Of a stretch of 64,000 nucleotides of DNA, positions 61,201-64,000 are shown piece by piece (the stretch's first letter is position 1; the number at the start of each line of letters is the position of its first letter). The translations under genes and the position numbers were made by a program. The notes under the pieces are model-generated. The model saw nothing but the letters and a program-made list of their open reading frames with translations. It made no database searches and was not told where the DNA came from. The DNA is from Macrostomum lignano (Eukaryota). The stretch spans positions 191,347 through 255,346 of the forward strand of contig NIVC01000270.1 in NCBI GenBank assembly GCA_002269645.1. Reading direction: 5' to 3'.

Positions 61201-62704
61201 CAGATTCCCGATCTCTCAGATTCTCGATCTCTCAGATTCCCGATCTCTCAGATTCCCGATCTCTCAGATTCTCGATCTCTCAGATTCCCGATCTCTCAGA
61301 TTCCCGATCTCTTCTCAGATTCCCGATCTCTCAGATTCCCGATCTCTTCTCAGATTCCCATCTCTTCTCAGATTCCCCGATCTCTTCTCAGATTCCGATC
61401 TCTCAGATTCCCGATCTCTCAGATTCCCGATCTCTCAGATTCCCGATCTCTTCTCAGATTCCCGATCTCTCAGATTCCCGATCTCTCAGATTCCCCGATC
61501 TCTCAGATTCTCGATCTCTCAGATTCCCGATCTCTCAGATTCCCGATCTCTCAGATTCCCGATCTCTTCTCAGATTCCCGATCTCTCAGATTCCCGATCT
61601 CTCAGATTCTCAATCTCTCAGATTCTCAGATTCCCTTTTTGTAACCAACCGTTGTGGTTAATGAAATGAAAATGAAAGCACGTCTACATCGATATACTAA
61701 AATTTTATGCTAAAGCTGCTGCTCAATTCCCGCAACCTCTTGCCTACTCAAGGCTGCTCAGTCGTCACATCAGCACCCAGTACACCAGTGGCCAGGCCTT
61801 CAAGGTCTTCAGAATCGATGCTCACCCGGCTGTGTAGTTGCCGAATTCCTGAAGCAAACCGGATATTCTGAGTCATATTCTGTGAGCCTCTGTCCATCCT
61901 CTGCCCCTTCCCTGTGTCCTTAGTTCCTTCCCTGTGTCCTCAGTTCCTTCCCTGTGGTCATCAGTTCCTTCCCTGTGTCCTCTGCTTCTTCCCTGTGTCC
62001 TCTACTCCTTCCCTGTGTCCTTAGTTCCTTCCCTGTGTCCTCAGTTCCTTCCCTGTGTCCTTAGTTCCTTCCCTGTGTCCTCAGTTCCTTCCCTGTGTCC
62101 TCTGCTTCTTCCCTGTGTCCTTAGTTCTTTCCCTGTGTCCTCAGTTCCTTCCCTGTGTCCTCAGTTCCTTCCCTGTGTCCTTAGTTCCTTCCCTGTGTCC
62201 TTAGTTCCTTCCTGTGTCCTTAGTTCTTTCCCTGTGTCCTCAGTTCCTTCCCTGTGTCCTTAGTTCCTTCCTGTGTCATCAGTTCCTTCCCTGTGTCCTC
62301 TGCTTCTTCCCTGTGTCCTCTACTCCTTCGCCTGTGTCCTTAGTTCCTTCCGTGTCCTCAGTTCCTTCCCTGTGTCCTTAGTTCCTTCCCTGTGTCCTCA
62401 GTTCCTTCCCTGTGTCCGCATTCAAATTACATTCCCAAACATCATACTTCTACCGAGTAGGCATTATGGTTTCTCATTGCCCATTTCCAATTTTTAGCAC
62501 ACGATGCTTAAGGTGATCTTCGAGTTGACTTGCCACCAGGCCGGCCCCGCGAGTCTCTCGACGTCATCAGCCAGCTGTTCGTCAACTCCGTCCGCTGCAA
62601 CAGCACCAGTTTTATGTACGACTCGTGGAAATATCCTCTGCTGCTGAAGTTCCCGAGCAACAGCGCAGCCCATCTGGTCAGTAAAGTGATCTACAATTTC
62701 CCAG
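49246..62704 (+). CDS. Secreted multi-CUB-domain protein, 3' partial; exons 49246-49753, 50162-50608, 51121-51336, 51897-52133, 52495-52690, 53454-53719, then tentative ~61752-61890 and 62513-62704
   Basis: Signal peptide ALLWLLLLTSGLLGAS. CUB motifs: YDSRANCLY…WRITFEKIELE…CKYDNLTV…LCG…LRFVSDSSVNMRGFKVYY; YIHNADCSW…IKFDRVQLE…CVLDNLTV…FC…RTDSSVGTGFRVTW; YEPGMSCSWTVSVPSGKVAEFSF…GFELFY; NQCSWVL…GFNLTI. The first six exons are GT-AG and in phase; the last two are low confidence. Confidence 0.8.
49775..50120 (+). repeat. Nested repeat: 26-bp AGCAATCCATTCAGTATAGATAGATT units within ~120-bp blocks ending TTCCGCTCCCACAGG
   Basis: Direct inspection; intronic. Confidence 0.9.
50655..51060 (+). repeat. 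Degenerate CATCAAGCTTCCAGTCTC-based repeat
   Basis: Direct inspection; intronic. Confidence 0.9.
51410..51830 (+). repeat. 16-bp minisatellite GGTGAAGGAGGCTAGT
   Basis: Direct inspection; intronic. Confidence 0.95.
52165..52445 (+). repeat. C-rich repeat ACCCCATGCCCGCCACCCCAAAC
   Basis: Direct inspection; intronic. Confidence 0.9.
52780..53340 (+). repeat. 12-bp minisatellite GGATTGAGTATT / GGATTGAGTCCT
   Basis: Direct inspection; intronic. Confidence 0.95.
53735..61635 (+). repeat. ~7.9 kb satellite of 19-bp CTCAGATTCCCGATCTCTT and 16-bp CTCAGATTCCCGATCT units in alternating domains
   Basis: Direct inspection. The unit has no + strand stop codon, which explains the three >2500-aa ORFs. 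Confidence 0.97.
61900..62420 (+). repeat. 20-bp minisatellite TTCCTTCCCTGTGTCCTCAG
   Basis: Direct inspection. Confidence 0.95.
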
Positions 62705-62754
62705 GTAAATTTTGCTGCGGCCAACTTAAACGATTGTATTCGGGAAGCTCTGAT

Positions 62755-64000
62755 TTAAATGGGATTACATGGGATTAAATGGGATTGAATAGAATTAAAT
62801 AGGATTAAGTGGGATTGAATGGATTAAATGGGATTGAATGGGATTAAATGGGATTGAATAGGATTAAATAGGATTAAGTGGGATTGAATGGGATTAAATG
62901 GGATTGAATGGGATTAAATGGGATTGAATGGGATTGAATGGGATTAAATGGGATTGAATATGATTAAATGGGATTAAATGGGATTGAATGGGATTAAATG
63001 GGATTGAATGGGATTAAATAGGATTAAATGGGATTGAATGGGATTAAATAGGATTAAATGGGATTGAATGGGATTAAATGGGATTAAATGGGATTGAATA
63101 TGATTAAATGGGATTAAATGGGATTGAATGGGATTAAATGGATTAAATGGGATTGAATATGATTAAATGGGATTGAATGGAATTAAATAGGATTAAATGG
63201 ATTGAATGGGATTAAATGGGATTGAATATGATTAAATGGGATTAAATGGGATTGAATGGGATTAAATGGGATTAAATGGGATTGAATATGATTAAATGGG
63301 ATTAAATGGGATTGAATAGGATTAAATGGGATTGAATGGGATTAAATAGGAATTAAATGGGATTGAATGGAATTAAATAGGATTAAATGGGATTGAATGG
63401 GATTAAATGGGATTGAATATGATTAAATGGGATTAAATGGGATTGAAATGGGATTAAATGGGATTGAATGGGATTAAATAGGATTAAATGGGATTGAATG
63501 GGATTAAATAGGATTAAATGGGATTGAATGGGATTAAATGGGATTAAATGGGATTGAATGGGATTAAATGGATTGAATATGATTAAATGGGATTAAATGG
63601 GATTGAATAGGATTAAATGGGATTGAATGGGATTAAATGGAATCAAATAGGATAAATGAGATTAAATGGAATCAAACAGGATTAAATGAGATTAAATGGA
63701 ATTAAATGCGATTAAATGGGATTGAATAGGATTAAATGGGATAAAATGGGATAAAATGGGATCGAATGTGTTTGAATGGGATAAAATTGGATTGAATGGG
63801 ATTAAATGGGATTGAATGGGATTAAATGGAATCAAATAGGATTAAATGAGATTAAATGGAATCAAATAGGATTAAATGAGATTAAATGGAATTAAATGGG
63901 ATTAAATGGGATTGAATGGGATAAAATGGGATTGAATGTGTTTGAATGGGATTACATGGGATTGAATGGGATTGAATGGGATAAAATGGGATAAAATGGG
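62755..64000 (+). repeat. 10-bp satellite (A/G)AATGGGATT running to the window end
   Basis: Direct inspection. Confidence 0.95.

Noticed and set aside
53807-61669. Three 2500-2700 aa ORFs
   Set aside because: They are translations of a stop-free 16/19-bp satellite; all three frames give the same peptide and indels are not multiples of 3.
62755-64000. Telomeric repeat
   Set aside because: The unit is AATGGGATT(A/G), not TTAGGG, and it follows a splice donor, so it is likely intronic.

Overview
Eukaryotic (animal) genomic DNA with GC-rich exons and introns filled by tandem repeats. This style resembles a Macrostomum-like flatworm, which is an inference and is not verified. Six spliced genes can be reconstructed by hand from GT-AG junctions and reading phase: (1) a single-pass receptor with a degenerate, probably inactive PTP domain (+, 1-2874, 5' partial); (2) a CTDSPL2-like DxDxT phosphatase (-, 4 exons); (3) a divergent, C-terminally short DNA topoisomerase II (-, about 9 exons); (4) an Otx homeobox gene (-, 2 coding exons); (5) a signal peptide + two CUB-like domains + TM gene (+); (6) a multi-CUB secreted-protein gene (+) that runs off the window and contains a ~7.9 kb satellite. 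Mobile DNA comprises a D34D mariner with ~220-bp TIRs and an interrupted right arm, a Penelope-like fragment with GIY-YIG remnant, inverted repeat and hammerhead-like motif, three GG...CC foldback elements, a hAT-type MITE, a CORE-like tRNA SINE and a non-LTR RT fragment. Almost every intron carries its own distinct minisatellite, and many units resemble 3' splice sites on the sense strand. Most long ORFs in the supplied track are repeat artefacts. Three genes show single apparent frameshifts (assembly error or decay; unresolved).
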